From assembly GCA_017964405.1 (NCBI GenBank), contig JAGCSA010000034.1, forward strand, positions 1 through 61,929: a stretch of 61,929 nt of DNA, written 5' to 3'. Made by a program: the position numbers and the translations under genes. Source of the stretch: Bacilli bacterium. GTDB taxonomy: Bacteria > Bacillota_I > Bacilli_A > RF39 > UBA660. The notes under the pieces are model-generated. The model was not told where the DNA came from. It did not search any database and saw only the letters and a program-made list of their open reading frames with translations. Position 1 is the stretch's first letter, and the number at the start of each line of letters is the position of its first letter. Below, in pieces: positions 1 through 9,315 of the stretch.

Positions 1-1
1 A

Positions 2-1684
2 AAGAAAAAGAAAAAAATCAAGGTAAAGAAAAAAGGTCTTTTGATTGGAATCATGGTATTTCTATTAGTATTAATAGGTGGCTCTATCATTGGATATCAT
101 TTCTTTGAAAAAGAAACAGTCTCTTCTATCCAAAAGAAATATAATGAAAAAGTAATCACAACAAAGAATACAAAGTTATATAACAAAAAAGGAAAAGAAA
201 TTGGTTCTATTACAAAAGACTATGCATTAGACTTGGAAAAAGTAAAAATAACGTCTCTTAAGAATCGATATCTTCAAATCAAAGATTCTGATTATTATGT
301 TTCTTATAAAGATATTAAAAAGAGAAAAGAAACAGAAGAGAAAAAAGAAAATTCTTATTATCTACCATTAGAAAAAGAAATTACTTCCAAGGATTCTGTT
401 GTCTTATATGATGGAAACAAAGAAATCATTACCTTAAAGAATGGAATCACAACTCCTATTAATAAAATGGATGATGAAAATTACTATGTAACCTTCTTAG
501 GAAGAACCTTAAAAGTACCAAAATCAAAGAAAATTAAAGAACAAGATACAAAAATTACGTTGGAAGAAAAACCAGCGGAACATGTCAGTGTAATCTACTA
601 CGATAAAATTCAAAATGATTGTGGTGCAGATGATACTTGTCTTATGCCTGCTAGTGTTAGATCTCATATCACGCATATGCAAAAAGCAGGATATTACTTT
701 ATTACAAAAGAAGATTATGTATCTTACATCAAAGGATATATTCGTCTAAAAGAAAAAGCAGTCTTCTTAGCAATCGGAAATCCGAGTGAAGAAGCAAATC
801 AATTAAAAGAAAACTTAAAAGTAGATATTGGAAAGATAGAAGAAAATGATGGAATCAAACTAGTCGTAACCAATAAAACTTCTACTCCAAGTGATGATAA
901 AAATAATGTGAATTGTTACCAAGCAAAATCTTATACAATAATTGATAACTATGCTGCTATGGCTTATGGAGCCGATATGCCAGATAATGGAAAAGAAACT
1001 CCTAATAATCAAGGAATTGCTGTATTAAACTATCACTTCTTCTATGATCAAACCATTCTAGGAGAAAGTGATGCTTGTCATGAAAGTATTTGCTTAGAAA
1101 GAGAAAAATTTAAATCTCACCTGCAATGGTTAAAAGATAATGGATATAAGACATTAACAATAGAAGAATTTGCTGATTGGATGGATGGTATTATTGAAGT
1201 ACCAGAAAAATCTGTTTTATTAACAATCGATGATGGAGCTCATGGAACAGGAGCTCATAATGGAAATGTATTAATTCCTCTATTAGAAGAATATCAAGAA
1301 TATGCAACTCTATTCTTAATTACTGGATGGTGGGGACTAGAGAATTATCAATCTCCATACTTAGATGTACAGTCTCATACGAATAATCTTCATTATGAAG
1401 CACAATGTGCCGATGGTCGTGGAAAAGTAGCTTGTTCCGATTACCAAACTGTCTACGATGATATTAAGACATCCATTGATGTTCTACAAGATAATACATC
1501 TTTCTGTTTCCCATTCTATAGTGCTGATAGAGAAGGAATTCAAGCTGTAAAAGATCTTGGATTTAGAGTATCTTTTGTAGGAGGAAGTGTAAAAGCAAGA
1601 AGAAGTAATAATCACTATCTAATTCCAAGATACCCTATTATGGATGATATTACATTAAATGAATTTATTTCCATGGTAAGTTAA
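2..1684 (+). CDS. membrane-anchored polysaccharide deacetylase family protein (NodB-type domain); 5' end probably upstream of the window
   Basis: ORF track 41..1684 starts at TTG. The frame stays open back to nt 2 and encodes a Lys-rich stretch (KKKKKIKVKKKG) before the TM helix IGIMVFLLVLIGGSIIGY. C-terminal part has NodB-like motifs TIDDGAHG and SHTNNLH. Followed by hairpin terminator 1689-1715. Confidence 0.65.
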   Translation, partial: KKKKKIKVKKKGLLIGIMVFLLVLIGGSIIGYHFFEKETVSSIQKKYNEKVITTKNTKLYNKKGKEIGSITKDYALDLEKVKITSLKNRYLQIKDSDYYVSYKDIKKRKETEEKKENSYYLPLEKEITSKDSVVLYDGNKEIITLKNGITTPINKMDDENYYVTFLGRTLKVPKSKKIKEQDTKITLEEKPAEHVSVIYYDKIQNDCGADDTCLMPASVRSHITHMQKAGYYFITKEDYVSYIKGYIRLKEKAVFLAIGNPSEEANQLKENLKVDIGKIEENDGIKLVVTNKTSTPSDDKNNVNCYQAKSYTIIDNYAAMAYGADMPDNGKETPNNQGIAVLNYHFFYDQTILGESDACHESICLEREKFKSHLQWLKDNGYKTLTIEEFADWMDGIIEVPEKSVLLTIDDGAHGTGAHNGNVLIPLLEEYQEYATLFLITGWWGLENYQSPYLDVQSHTNNLHYEAQCADGRGKVACSDYQTVYDDIKTSIDVLQDNTSFCFPFYSADREGIQAVKDLGFRVSFVGGSVKARRSNNHYLIPRYPIMDDITLNEFISMVS

Positions 1685-1688
1685 AAAA

Positions 1689-1715
1689 AAGAGATCATTT
1701 GATCTCTTTTATTTT
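1689..1715. terminator. bidirectional rho-independent terminator between convergent genes
   Basis: Stem AAGAGATC (1689-1696) pairs with GATCTCTT (1701-1708) around a 4-nt loop. A-run upstream and T-run downstream. Confidence 0.7.
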
Positions 1716-2155
1716 GGTTGAATTTGAATACGAACGTTAAAGGGAAGTTTTTGATCCTCTATCGTAGCTTTCTTTAAAGTAATGGTAACAGTACCATGAG
1801 CAATCTCTCCTTTGGAAAGAGAATCATTCGTGTGACATTCTACTCGAAAGAATTCATCTTCATAAGAGGAAGATCCATCGACAAGAGCGATCACATCACC
1901 ATCATAATTACTTTGATACTCAAAAGAAATGGTTTTCGTCTCCCCTACTTTCGATAAAGAACAATTTTCTACTTGAATTCCTTTTCGATGAGAAGTAAGA
2001 CGTACCTGACAAGAATCAGATTCTGCTTTTATAAAAGAAGCATCTACCTGCATGGTTTGATGAACACTGGTTGATAAATACTCTGGCTTTTGGGCAATCC
2101 ATACACTAAAAGCAGAGATACAGGCAAAGATAGCACATAATATTTTTTCAATCAT
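1709..2155 (-). CDS. small signal-anchored/secreted hypothetical protein
   Basis: 148-aa ORF with RBS GGGGGCGACATT before the ATG and an N-terminal hydrophobic helix (ILCAIFACISAFSVWIA). Upstream TTGCAA-17-TATGAT promoter-like sequence. No recognisable family. Confidence 0.55.
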   Translation of the reverse strand: MIEKILCAIFACISAFSVWIAQKPEYLSTSVHQTMQVDASFIKAESDSCQVRLTSHRKGIQVENCSLSKVGETKTISFEYQSNYDGDVIALVDGSSSYEDEFFRVECHTNDSLSKGEIAHGTVTITLKKATIEDQKLPFNVRIQIQPK

Positions 2156-2230
2156 AATGTCGCCCCCGAACCTAAATCTTATCTATATCCATCATACAAT
2201 GGATAAAAATGAATTGCAAGAAAAAAGAAG

Positions 2231-4165
2231 CTAAGCTTCTTTTATTTGATATTGAACTTCTGTTGGAATCGTAATCGGTCTTGTTTCAATCAAAGTAGCA
2301 GAAACATCAAAATCTAAATCATCTGGACGACTCCAAGGAAAATAATAATTATAGAAACCAATGGAGCGGATTCCATTTTCTGCATATTTATCAATACCAG
2401 AAATATAGTTTCCTTTTTGGAAATTCGCAATAATTCTCGTTCGCATCAACTCTGTATTTTGTTCAACGAGTCCTGGCTCAATCGTATCTTTAACAGGTAA
2501 CGTTAAATATCCCATATCCTCTAAGAAAGATTCTGCCATGACTTTTAAATAACCCCGATCACAATCATCACTATCTCTCTTACTAGCAAGGAATAAATAA
2601 CGAGTAAGTCCTTCCGTTAAACCAATTTTCGAACTATGAATATAACCATTCCAGTTACTATAACCAATTAAATAAGTCATAGGAATATGAGTCGCATCAT
2701 AATTACTTAGATTATTGATTAAGAAATGATCTTCTAAATAATCAGCATCATTCACAATAACGGTTGGTACATGATTATGAATATTCTTTAAATAATGAGT
2801 AAGTAACTGATTAGCCGTTGCTTCTCGAAGTTCAGGAACAGTCTTACAATAAACCAATATTTCAAGATCTTCATCTTTTTCTACATTTCCAACATCTAAA
2901 TCACTTAATAACGTACTCATATAAGATCCATAAGTATCGGTACTTCCAACAACTACTTGATTAGGATCTCCATAATACGTTACTTTTACATTTGGTTTTC
3001 GAGAAACAGAATCTAATAATAAATCAGCAAACACAAACTCTGACATAGAAGAAGCTCCATCTTGAATCGGAATTACCATTTCCTTCTTCATAGCCAAAGA
3101 ACGAATATAAGAAATATCATTTGCTTGAATACTTGTAGGATTTCCACTATCATCAATTCCATAATAAAGATGAATATTTGGATTCTTACTCTCTTCTATC
3201 ATCGTAATAATATTTTTGGTAATCGTTAATTTTCTCTTTCTAGCAGCTAAATACTTCTCTAATTTTGTAGAATCTAATGTTGTCTCTATTGGATTTCCAT
3301 TCTCATCAGATGAATAGGCTTCTGCAATCTTCTTAATCGTTAAATCAGCTCCCTTTAATGACTTTCTAGGAACAGCTGTATAATTACGAAGTAAAACAGC
3401 ATCTTCTCCCGTAAAATCCATAAATCCAGGAGTAACTGTTAACCCTACAACAGAATCAATCAAATAAATATGATTCTGACTATCTTTCATAAGAGTGATT
3501 AAGATGTTATTAGAAGCATCAACACCTTTTCCATAGACTTTAATATCATCATCACTTAGGTATTGAGATCCAACTAATCCTCCAGAATACATTTGGTCTA
3601 AAGATAAAATATAGTAATCGCATCCAGCTTCTTCTTGTTCCTCTAACCATTTCGCTACTTTATCAGGATTTCCATATTTGGTGGAATATCCTGCATAAGA
3701 ATTATCTCCTGTTGTTAAATACGTTTTAATATACTTCGTATCTGGCATCTTTAATTTCATACCAAAAGAATCAGCTAAATAAGCAATACGAGTCTTATGA
3801 ATGGGACGATCATCCATAGGAACATAAGCCACTAATTTACCAGGTAATTCACTATCATAGTTTCCTTCGGAAGAGTCTTTCTTTTTCTCTTTTGAAAAGA
3901 AATGAAAAGAAGGCATTTTAAAATCCCATTTAGGCATTTCAAATTTAATTTTAGGCATCTGAAAACCAGAACCTTCTTGATTAAACTCTATATGAAAACC
4001 TTGTTCATAAAAAACAAATACGAGTACAAAAACAAGGATAAAAATAGCTACTTTTACCCATTTTCTCTTTCTAGCTCTTTTAATAGCTTGTCTTCTAGCT
4101 TGTTGCTTCAACCGTTTTTGTTCTAATAATTGTTGTTGACGTCTTTGCATTTCAATTGGATCCAT
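2231..4165 (-). CDS. membrane-anchored protein, possibly DUF4127 family
   Basis: Long ORF. Start moved to the ATG (MDPIEM) 9 nt after GGGAGAG. Basic N-terminus plus TM (VAIFILVFVLVFVF). The segment YVPMDDRPIHK resembles the N-terminal PLDxRP signature I recall for DUF4127; family call is tentative. Confidence 0.5.
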   Translation of the reverse strand: MDPIEMQRRQQQLLEQKRLKQQARRQAIKRARKRKWVKVAIFILVFVLVFVFYEQGFHIEFNQEGSGFQMPKIKFEMPKWDFKMPSFHFFSKEKKKDSSEGNYDSELPGKLVAYVPMDDRPIHKTRIAYLADSFGMKLKMPDTKYIKTYLTTGDNSYAGYSTKYGNPDKVAKWLEEQEEAGCDYYILSLDQMYSGGLVGSQYLSDDDIKVYGKGVDASNNILITLMKDSQNHIYLIDSVVGLTVTPGFMDFTGEDAVLLRNYTAVPRKSLKGADLTIKKIAEAYSSDENGNPIETTLDSTKLEKYLAARKRKLTITKNIITMIEESKNPNIHLYYGIDDSGNPTSIQANDISYIRSLAMKKEMVIPIQDGASSMSEFVFADLLLDSVSRKPNVKVTYYGDPNQVVVGSTDTYGSYMSTLLSDLDVGNVEKDEDLEILVYCKTVPELREATANQLLTHYLKNIHNHVPTVIVNDADYLEDHFLINNLSNYDATHIPMTYLIGYSNWNGYIHSSKIGLTEGLTRYLFLASKRDSDDCDRGYLKVMAESFLEDMGYLTLPVKDTIEPGLVEQNTELMRTRIIANFQKGNYISGIDKYAENGIRSIGFYNYYFPWSRPDDLDFDVSATLIETRPITIPTEVQYQIKEA

Positions 4166-4243
4166 TGATATCAACTCTCCCTATTCTTAAAAAAATTATA
4201 TCACAAACCAAAAAAGAAAACAAAAAAAATAAGAACTTCGTTC

Positions 4244-5368
4244 TTATCTTTTCAAACTCTTTACGTGTTTTCTAATATCCTCTATCTGATGATGTTTCAA
4301 AGAAGCATGTGGATAAATCTTAGGGAAATATAAAGCATCATTTGCTTTATATCCAGCAGCATCCAAATCTGGGAATAATCCTCTTAAAGTAGGACAACAT
4401 TGATAAATCTGATTATCAATAACAAAATTACTCCAACAATGACTTTCTCCTGAAGGAATTTTTCCATAGATAGGAGCAGCCGGAATCTGAAATTCTGGAC
4501 TACAGATAACTGCATTGAATAAACGACTTTGTCCGGTACAAACACCTTGATTATGTTTCAAAGTACCAACAGGTCTTGATTCCCATTTGGTTTCAGATGG
4601 TTTTAAGATTTGAACTCCATGTTCATCTCTTGATGTCTGACAATTCGCATATGTAATTCCAAGTGGTGGAAGAGCTAAATGACAGAATGCAGGATGATCA
4701 AATAAGAAATGGTAAGCAACAAAGGCTTTATCAAAATCCGTAAATTGATCAAAACGGTATTTCTCATTTAATTTAATCTTTAAACCTCTTGCAAAATACT
4801 TCAATTGGAAAGCATCTTCTAAAACAGTATCATTTGTCTTTCCTTTTATTAGACGTAATGTCTGATCTGGGAACCACATCAAATTCTCTTCATCGATCAT
4901 AATACGTCCTTTAGCAGTCTCAATCGGAATATTCTTAGGAGTAGCAGGATGACGATCCATTGTCATTTGCAAAATCGTATTTTTCTCTTTTTTCCAACCC
5001 ATGTGATTTAAAAAATAAATATAAGCTGGAAGAGTCGAATCAGAACATTGGAAATTATAAATCGCATAAGGAACATCTTGTAAATACTTTAAGAATTGTA
5101 AACGAAGCATTCCATCGTCTTTAGTATTTAATACTCCCTCATCTTGAATAATAAAGTAATAGAAATGATCACGATCTTTATATTTACCTGCATTCATACA
5201 AGCAACAAATTGATCATAAGAAATTTTAACGGTATAAATACAAGGTGAAGTACTACCTACTGGGAAATATTCAGCTAAATGGCTCCCAGGAGTTACCTTT
5301 CTACCTGGTAATGGTTTAGGGTCCATACTACAACGACCCTTTTTTTCATATGGTTGATAACGATCCAT
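4244..5368 (-). CDS. transglutaminase-like (papain-fold) domain protein
   Basis: Start at MDRYQ, 6 nt after AAGGGGGA. C-terminal GVCTGQSRLF ... GESHCWSNFVID matches the Cys...His spacing of transglutaminase-like cysteine peptidase cores. Terminator hairpin ATAAGAAC/GTTCTTAT at 4229-4247. Confidence 0.55.
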   Translation of the reverse strand: MDRYQPYEKKGRCSMDPKPLPGRKVTPGSHLAEYFPVGSTSPCIYTVKISYDQFVACMNAGKYKDRDHFYYFIIQDEGVLNTKDDGMLRLQFLKYLQDVPYAIYNFQCSDSTLPAYIYFLNHMGWKKEKNTILQMTMDRHPATPKNIPIETAKGRIMIDEENLMWFPDQTLRLIKGKTNDTVLEDAFQLKYFARGLKIKLNEKYRFDQFTDFDKAFVAYHFLFDHPAFCHLALPPLGITYANCQTSRDEHGVQILKPSETKWESRPVGTLKHNQGVCTGQSRLFNAVICSPEFQIPAAPIYGKIPSGESHCWSNFVIDNQIYQCCPTLRGLFPDLDAAGYKANDALYFPKIYPHASLKHHQIEDIRKHVKSLKR

Positions 5369-5446
5369 GAAAAGTCCCCCTTTTTCATGATGCATATTAT
5401 ATCATAAATTAGAAAAAAATGCAAAAAAAAGGAACCAAACGTTCCT

Positions 5447-6841
5447 TTAAGCATCTTGTAAGAAAGCTAAATAACATTTATAAGCTTCATAAATATCTGC
5501 TTTAGCAGTTACTTCCCAAGGAGCATGCATGCTTAATACCCCTACTCCACAGTCAATGACATTGACATTTTTATTAGCTAGGATATAAGCAATCGTACCT
5601 CCTCCACCAGCATCTACTTTTCCAAGTTCAGAGATTTGGAAATTGACATAGTGTTTATCCATTACATTGCGTATCTTCGCAATGAATTCAGCCGTCGCAT
5701 CATTGGAACCACTCTTTCCACGAGAACCCGTATATTTACAGAAAACAACTCCTTGATTAAAGTAAGAAGCATTTCTCTTATCCATGACATCACTATATAG
5801 TGGATCATAAGCAGCATTCACATCACTTGATAACATATTAGAATTTCTAAAACATCTTCCAACAGCTGTATTTTCCGTATGACCCATTAAATTACAGATT
5901 TCTAGTAAAGCATCTTCATAGAAATTCGATTGCATTCCGGTAGCACCCATACTACCAATCTCTTCTTTATCAACTAAAATACAGCTAATGGTTTTATTAC
6001 AGGCAGGAGCATCTAAAAATGCACGAAGAGACGTATAAGCACAAACCTTATCATCTTGACCATATCCCATAATCATAGAACGATCTAATCCAAAATCTCT
6101 TGCTTTTCCAGCAGGAACCACTTCTATTTCTGCAGATAAGAAATCATCTTCTTCGATATCATAACGATCTTTTAAAATCGCTAAAATGTTTTTCTTGACT
6201 AACTCTTTGTCTTTTTTCTCATCATCCTCTTCAGGGAAAGGAACACTTCCAATTAAAAGATCTAATCCTTCTCCTTCAATCACTTTAGAAGCTTCTTTCT
6301 TTAATTGTTCATTTCCTAAATGAGGAAGTAAATCTGTAATACCAATGACTGGATCATTCTCATCTTCCCCTACTTCTACATGAATCTTTTCTCCATTCTT
6401 TCGAATAATGACACCATGTAGAGCAAGAGGAAGGGTAACCCATTGATATTTCTTAATTCCTCCATAATAATGAGTATCCAAATAGGCAAAATCTTTTTCT
6501 TCATATAGAGGATTTGCTTTTAAATCAAGTCTTGGAGAATCAACATGGGCTCCTAAAATATTCATACCCTTCGTAATATCTTCCGATCCAATGATAAAGA
6601 AAGCAACACTTTTTCCTCGATTATTGACATAGATTTTATCTCCAGGAACCAAAGGAGCTTGATTCTCAATATACGTATTTAAATTCACAAAACCAGCTTT
6701 TTCAGCTAATTGAATGGAATTACGAACAGCTTCTCTTTCAATTTTACTTTTACTAAGAAATTGACGATAATCATCACAAATCACATTTAATAAAGTAAAA
6801 TCATCCCCTCTATATTTCTTCCATACATTTTTCTTATCCAT
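5447..6841 (-). CDS. M18-family aminopeptidase (aspartyl aminopeptidase-like)
   Basis: Start at MDKKNVWKKY, 9 nt after GGAGG; the longer track ORF has no RBS. Motifs GAHVDSPRLDLK, HYYGGIKKYQW and C-terminal SMHAPWE are typical of M18 aminopeptidase 1. Confidence 0.85.
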   Translation of the reverse strand: MDKKNVWKKYRGDDFTLLNVICDDYRQFLSKSKIEREAVRNSIQLAEKAGFVNLNTYIENQAPLVPGDKIYVNNRGKSVAFFIIGSEDITKGMNILGAHVDSPRLDLKANPLYEEKDFAYLDTHYYGGIKKYQWVTLPLALHGVIIRKNGEKIHVEVGEDENDPVIGITDLLPHLGNEQLKKEASKVIEGEGLDLLIGSVPFPEEDDEKKDKELVKKNILAILKDRYDIEEDDFLSAEIEVVPAGKARDFGLDRSMIMGYGQDDKVCAYTSLRAFLDAPACNKTISCILVDKEEIGSMGATGMQSNFYEDALLEICNLMGHTENTAVGRCFRNSNMLSSDVNAAYDPLYSDVMDKRNASYFNQGVVFCKYTGSRGKSGSNDATAEFIAKIRNVMDKHYVNFQISELGKVDAGGGGTIAYILANKNVNVIDCGVGVLSMHAPWEVTAKADIYEAYKCYLAFLQDA

Positions 6842-6909
6842 ATCACACAGCCTCCTATTATTAATAGTATAACATAAAAAAAGAACTATCAAAAGTTCTT
6901 TTTTTGTTT

Positions 6910-8148
6910 TTATCCAATACGGAATGCTGGAGCAATACCTTCTACAGCATTAGCAGTTGTATAAGTAATTCCTCCACTTGTAGATACTTCAGATAAGTTA
7001 GAACCTGAGTAAGTACGTAGAACCCAATTACTTGCTGTATTATTATATTTCTTAATAGCTCCACCAGTATTACCAGAAGTAACTCCTACTTCATAGTAGT
7101 AATCAAGTTGTCTCGTAGCATTGCTTCCTGGTTTAGAAGAATCATCATAGATTTCTTTTTCATTTAATAAATATAGACGAGCTGTTGAATTCGTAGCTGC
7201 TCCATTAGAAGCGGTAACCATTGGTGTAGAAATAACCATAGCCTTCAATTCAGCAGGCATAGCATTATAAACTGTATCATTTAAGTATGTATTAATATCA
7301 GCTGTTTCCCAAACATGAGAAGCATGAGTGGTATCGAATGCTCTCTTCGTAATAACATCACTGAACTCTAATACAAATCCACATCCTGTTTGACTGAATC
7401 CGGTTCCAGCACATTCATCTGGAGTTGTTAAGTTAGCAATACGGATATAGTAAGTACCTAATCCATTTAATTCAACTTCCTTCATATCTCCTACACTATA
7501 AGCTCCTGTAAATCCAGAACGTGCAGCATATAGAATCGTTGCCCATGAATCGGTTTCGAAGGATTCAGGATAATCTCTAACAGCAACGGCTTCATCAGTT
7601 GCCTGTACATAGGTAACTCCAAAAGTAAAGGTTAAAGTTGTATCCGTTTCAGGAAGATCATCTTCATCGACATCTTTCTTAAATCCTACATAAACATCAA
7701 GGGTTTCAAATTCACCACTTAATAATTCTTGATTTTCAGTAATAGCTGTTCCATCTTCATATGTAACACGATAATCTAAATAAGCTGGTAAAGTCGTAAT
7801 CTCTACATTGTTCATTTTAGAAGAGACAGCACCGATCATCGCATCTAAGGTTCCATCATTGACAACATCTACTAAGAACTCATAGCAATCACCAGGTTTT
7901 GTTAACGTAACCGTATAACTAACCTCTGTATCATTACTAGGATTAATAGCAGCAGCCACATCTCCAGTAGATAATGCAACACTGTTATCTAAGACATCCA
8001 CATTATCAAAGTGAATATCCCAAGTAGCAACTCCAATTCCGCTGGAACCACTAATATTTAAGGTTGTACTCAAATAAGAATAACCAATTGTAATCAAAGC
8101 AATTACAATAAAAAATACAACCGCAGCAATCATTTTTTTCTTCTTCAT
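6910..8148 (-). CDS. surface protein: signal anchor + TasA/camelysin-like module + DUF6273-like C-terminal domain
   Basis: N-terminus MKKKKMIAAVVFFIVIALITIGYSYLSTTLNISG, then WDIHFDNV and KPGDCYEFLVDVVNDGTLDAMI, shared with 44038..45042 and 45130..46134. C-terminus (YLNDTVYNAM..., LYLLNEKEI, NWVLRTYSG, GIAPAFRIG) looks like DUF6273. Confidence 0.6.
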   Translation of the reverse strand: MKKKKMIAAVVFFIVIALITIGYSYLSTTLNISGSSGIGVATWDIHFDNVDVLDNSVALSTGDVAAAINPSNDTEVSYTVTLTKPGDCYEFLVDVVNDGTLDAMIGAVSSKMNNVEITTLPAYLDYRVTYEDGTAITENQELLSGEFETLDVYVGFKKDVDEDDLPETDTTLTFTFGVTYVQATDEAVAVRDYPESFETDSWATILYAARSGFTGAYSVGDMKEVELNGLGTYYIRIANLTTPDECAGTGFSQTGCGFVLEFSDVITKRAFDTTHASHVWETADINTYLNDTVYNAMPAELKAMVISTPMVTASNGAATNSTARLYLLNEKEIYDDSSKPGSNATRQLDYYYEVGVTSGNTGGAIKKYNNTASNWVLRTYSGSNLSEVSTSGGITYTTANAVEGIAPAFRIG

Positions 8149-8171
8149 AAATACACACTCCTACGATAATA

Positions 8172-8199
8172 AGTATAACATAAAAAACCAATGTATCAA
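8172..8199 (-). promoter_or_regulatory. sigma-A type promoter with extended -10 for the 6910..8148 gene
   Basis: Minus strand reads TTGATA-16 nt-TATACT preceded by TGT (ATGTTATACT), 24 nt upstream of the ATG. The same 10-mer ATGTTATACT also precedes the genes starting at 6841 and 27052. Confidence 0.55.
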
Positions 8200-8256
8200 T
8201 ACAAAATGTAGATTTCTGTCACTAGTTGACACAAAAAAAAGAGTCAACTGACTCTT

Positions 8257-9237
8257 TTAAACCCAAACTCCAAAAACAATACCAGCCATTGCTAGGATAA
8301 GACCTGCTACCCAAAACATCTTGACAATATCTCTCTCATCCCAACCCAATTTTTCAAAATGGTGATGAAGGGGTGTCATTAAGAAGATTTTCTTCTTAAA
8401 GACAATCATCCAAAATGTTTGTAAAATAACCGATAAAGTTTCAATTACAAAGATAAAGGCAACGACTAATAATGTTAATTCTCTATGCGTTAGAATGGCA
8501 ATCGCACCCATGGCAGCTCCTAAAGCAAGAGATCCAGTATCTCCCATAAAGATCTTCGCAGGATTCGTATTATAAACTAAGAAACCAGCTAAACTTCCCA
8601 TTAAGATCAAACTGAATAGTCCAATATCTTCAAATCCAACGGATAGAGAAATTAAAGCATACGCAACAAAGGCAATCGCACTAAGTCCTCCAGCAAGTCC
8701 ATCTAACCCATCTGTTAAATTAACCGCATTACTAGCTCCTACTAATACAAACAATATCGCAAGTCCATATAACCATCCCATCTCTAGATCAATATGTAAA
8801 GTACCAACAACCCAAGCAGTCTGTCCTCCACTTCTCATATAGATATAGAAGAAACCAATCGCAATTAATACTTGCATAAATAATTTCTGATAGACAGTTA
8901 ATCCTTCATTGTTTCCTTTCTTGATCGATAAAAAATCATCCAAGAAACCAATTAAGGTATATCCAATAAATACTAATAATACAATTCCCAAATTAGACGT
9001 ATAGGTAATCTTATCGGTAAATACAAGTGCTAAAGTTGCAAGGACAGTGGGAACAATAAAGATAAGACCCCCCATCGTAGGAGTTCCTTCTTTTTTACGA
9101 TGAGCTTCTCCTACAAAGATGGATATTTTTTGCCCTACTCTCATTTTCCTTAAAATAGGAACTAAGAGATATCCTAATACAACGGAGGACAAAAAACCAA
9201 TCATAATTGCAAAAACAGCTTTTGTTAATAATAGCAT
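8257..9237 (-). CDS. mraY: phospho-N-acetylmuramoyl-pentapeptide transferase
   Basis: Start at MLLLTK, 9 nt after GGAG. Polytopic membrane protein with MraY motifs (GTPTMGG, NAVNLTDGLDGLA, MGDTGSLALG, HHHFE). Terminator AGAGTCA/TGACTCT just downstream (about 8239-8255). Confidence 0.95.
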   Translation of the reverse strand: MLLLTKAVFAIMIGFLSSVVLGYLLVPILRKMRVGQKISIFVGEAHRKKEGTPTMGGLIFIVPTVLATLALVFTDKITYTSNLGIVLLVFIGYTLIGFLDDFLSIKKGNNEGLTVYQKLFMQVLIAIGFFYIYMRSGGQTAWVVGTLHIDLEMGWLYGLAILFVLVGASNAVNLTDGLDGLAGGLSAIAFVAYALISLSVGFEDIGLFSLILMGSLAGFLVYNTNPAKIFMGDTGSLALGAAMGAIAILTHRELTLLVVAFIFVIETLSVILQTFWMIVFKKKIFLMTPLHHHFEKLGWDERDIVKMFWVAGLILAMAGIVFGVWV

Positions 9238-9315
9238 GTTTTTCAACTCCATTTCTTGAAATATTATAACACAATCAAAATGAAAAGAGAAAAGAAACAA
9301 TATCTTTTTCTAATT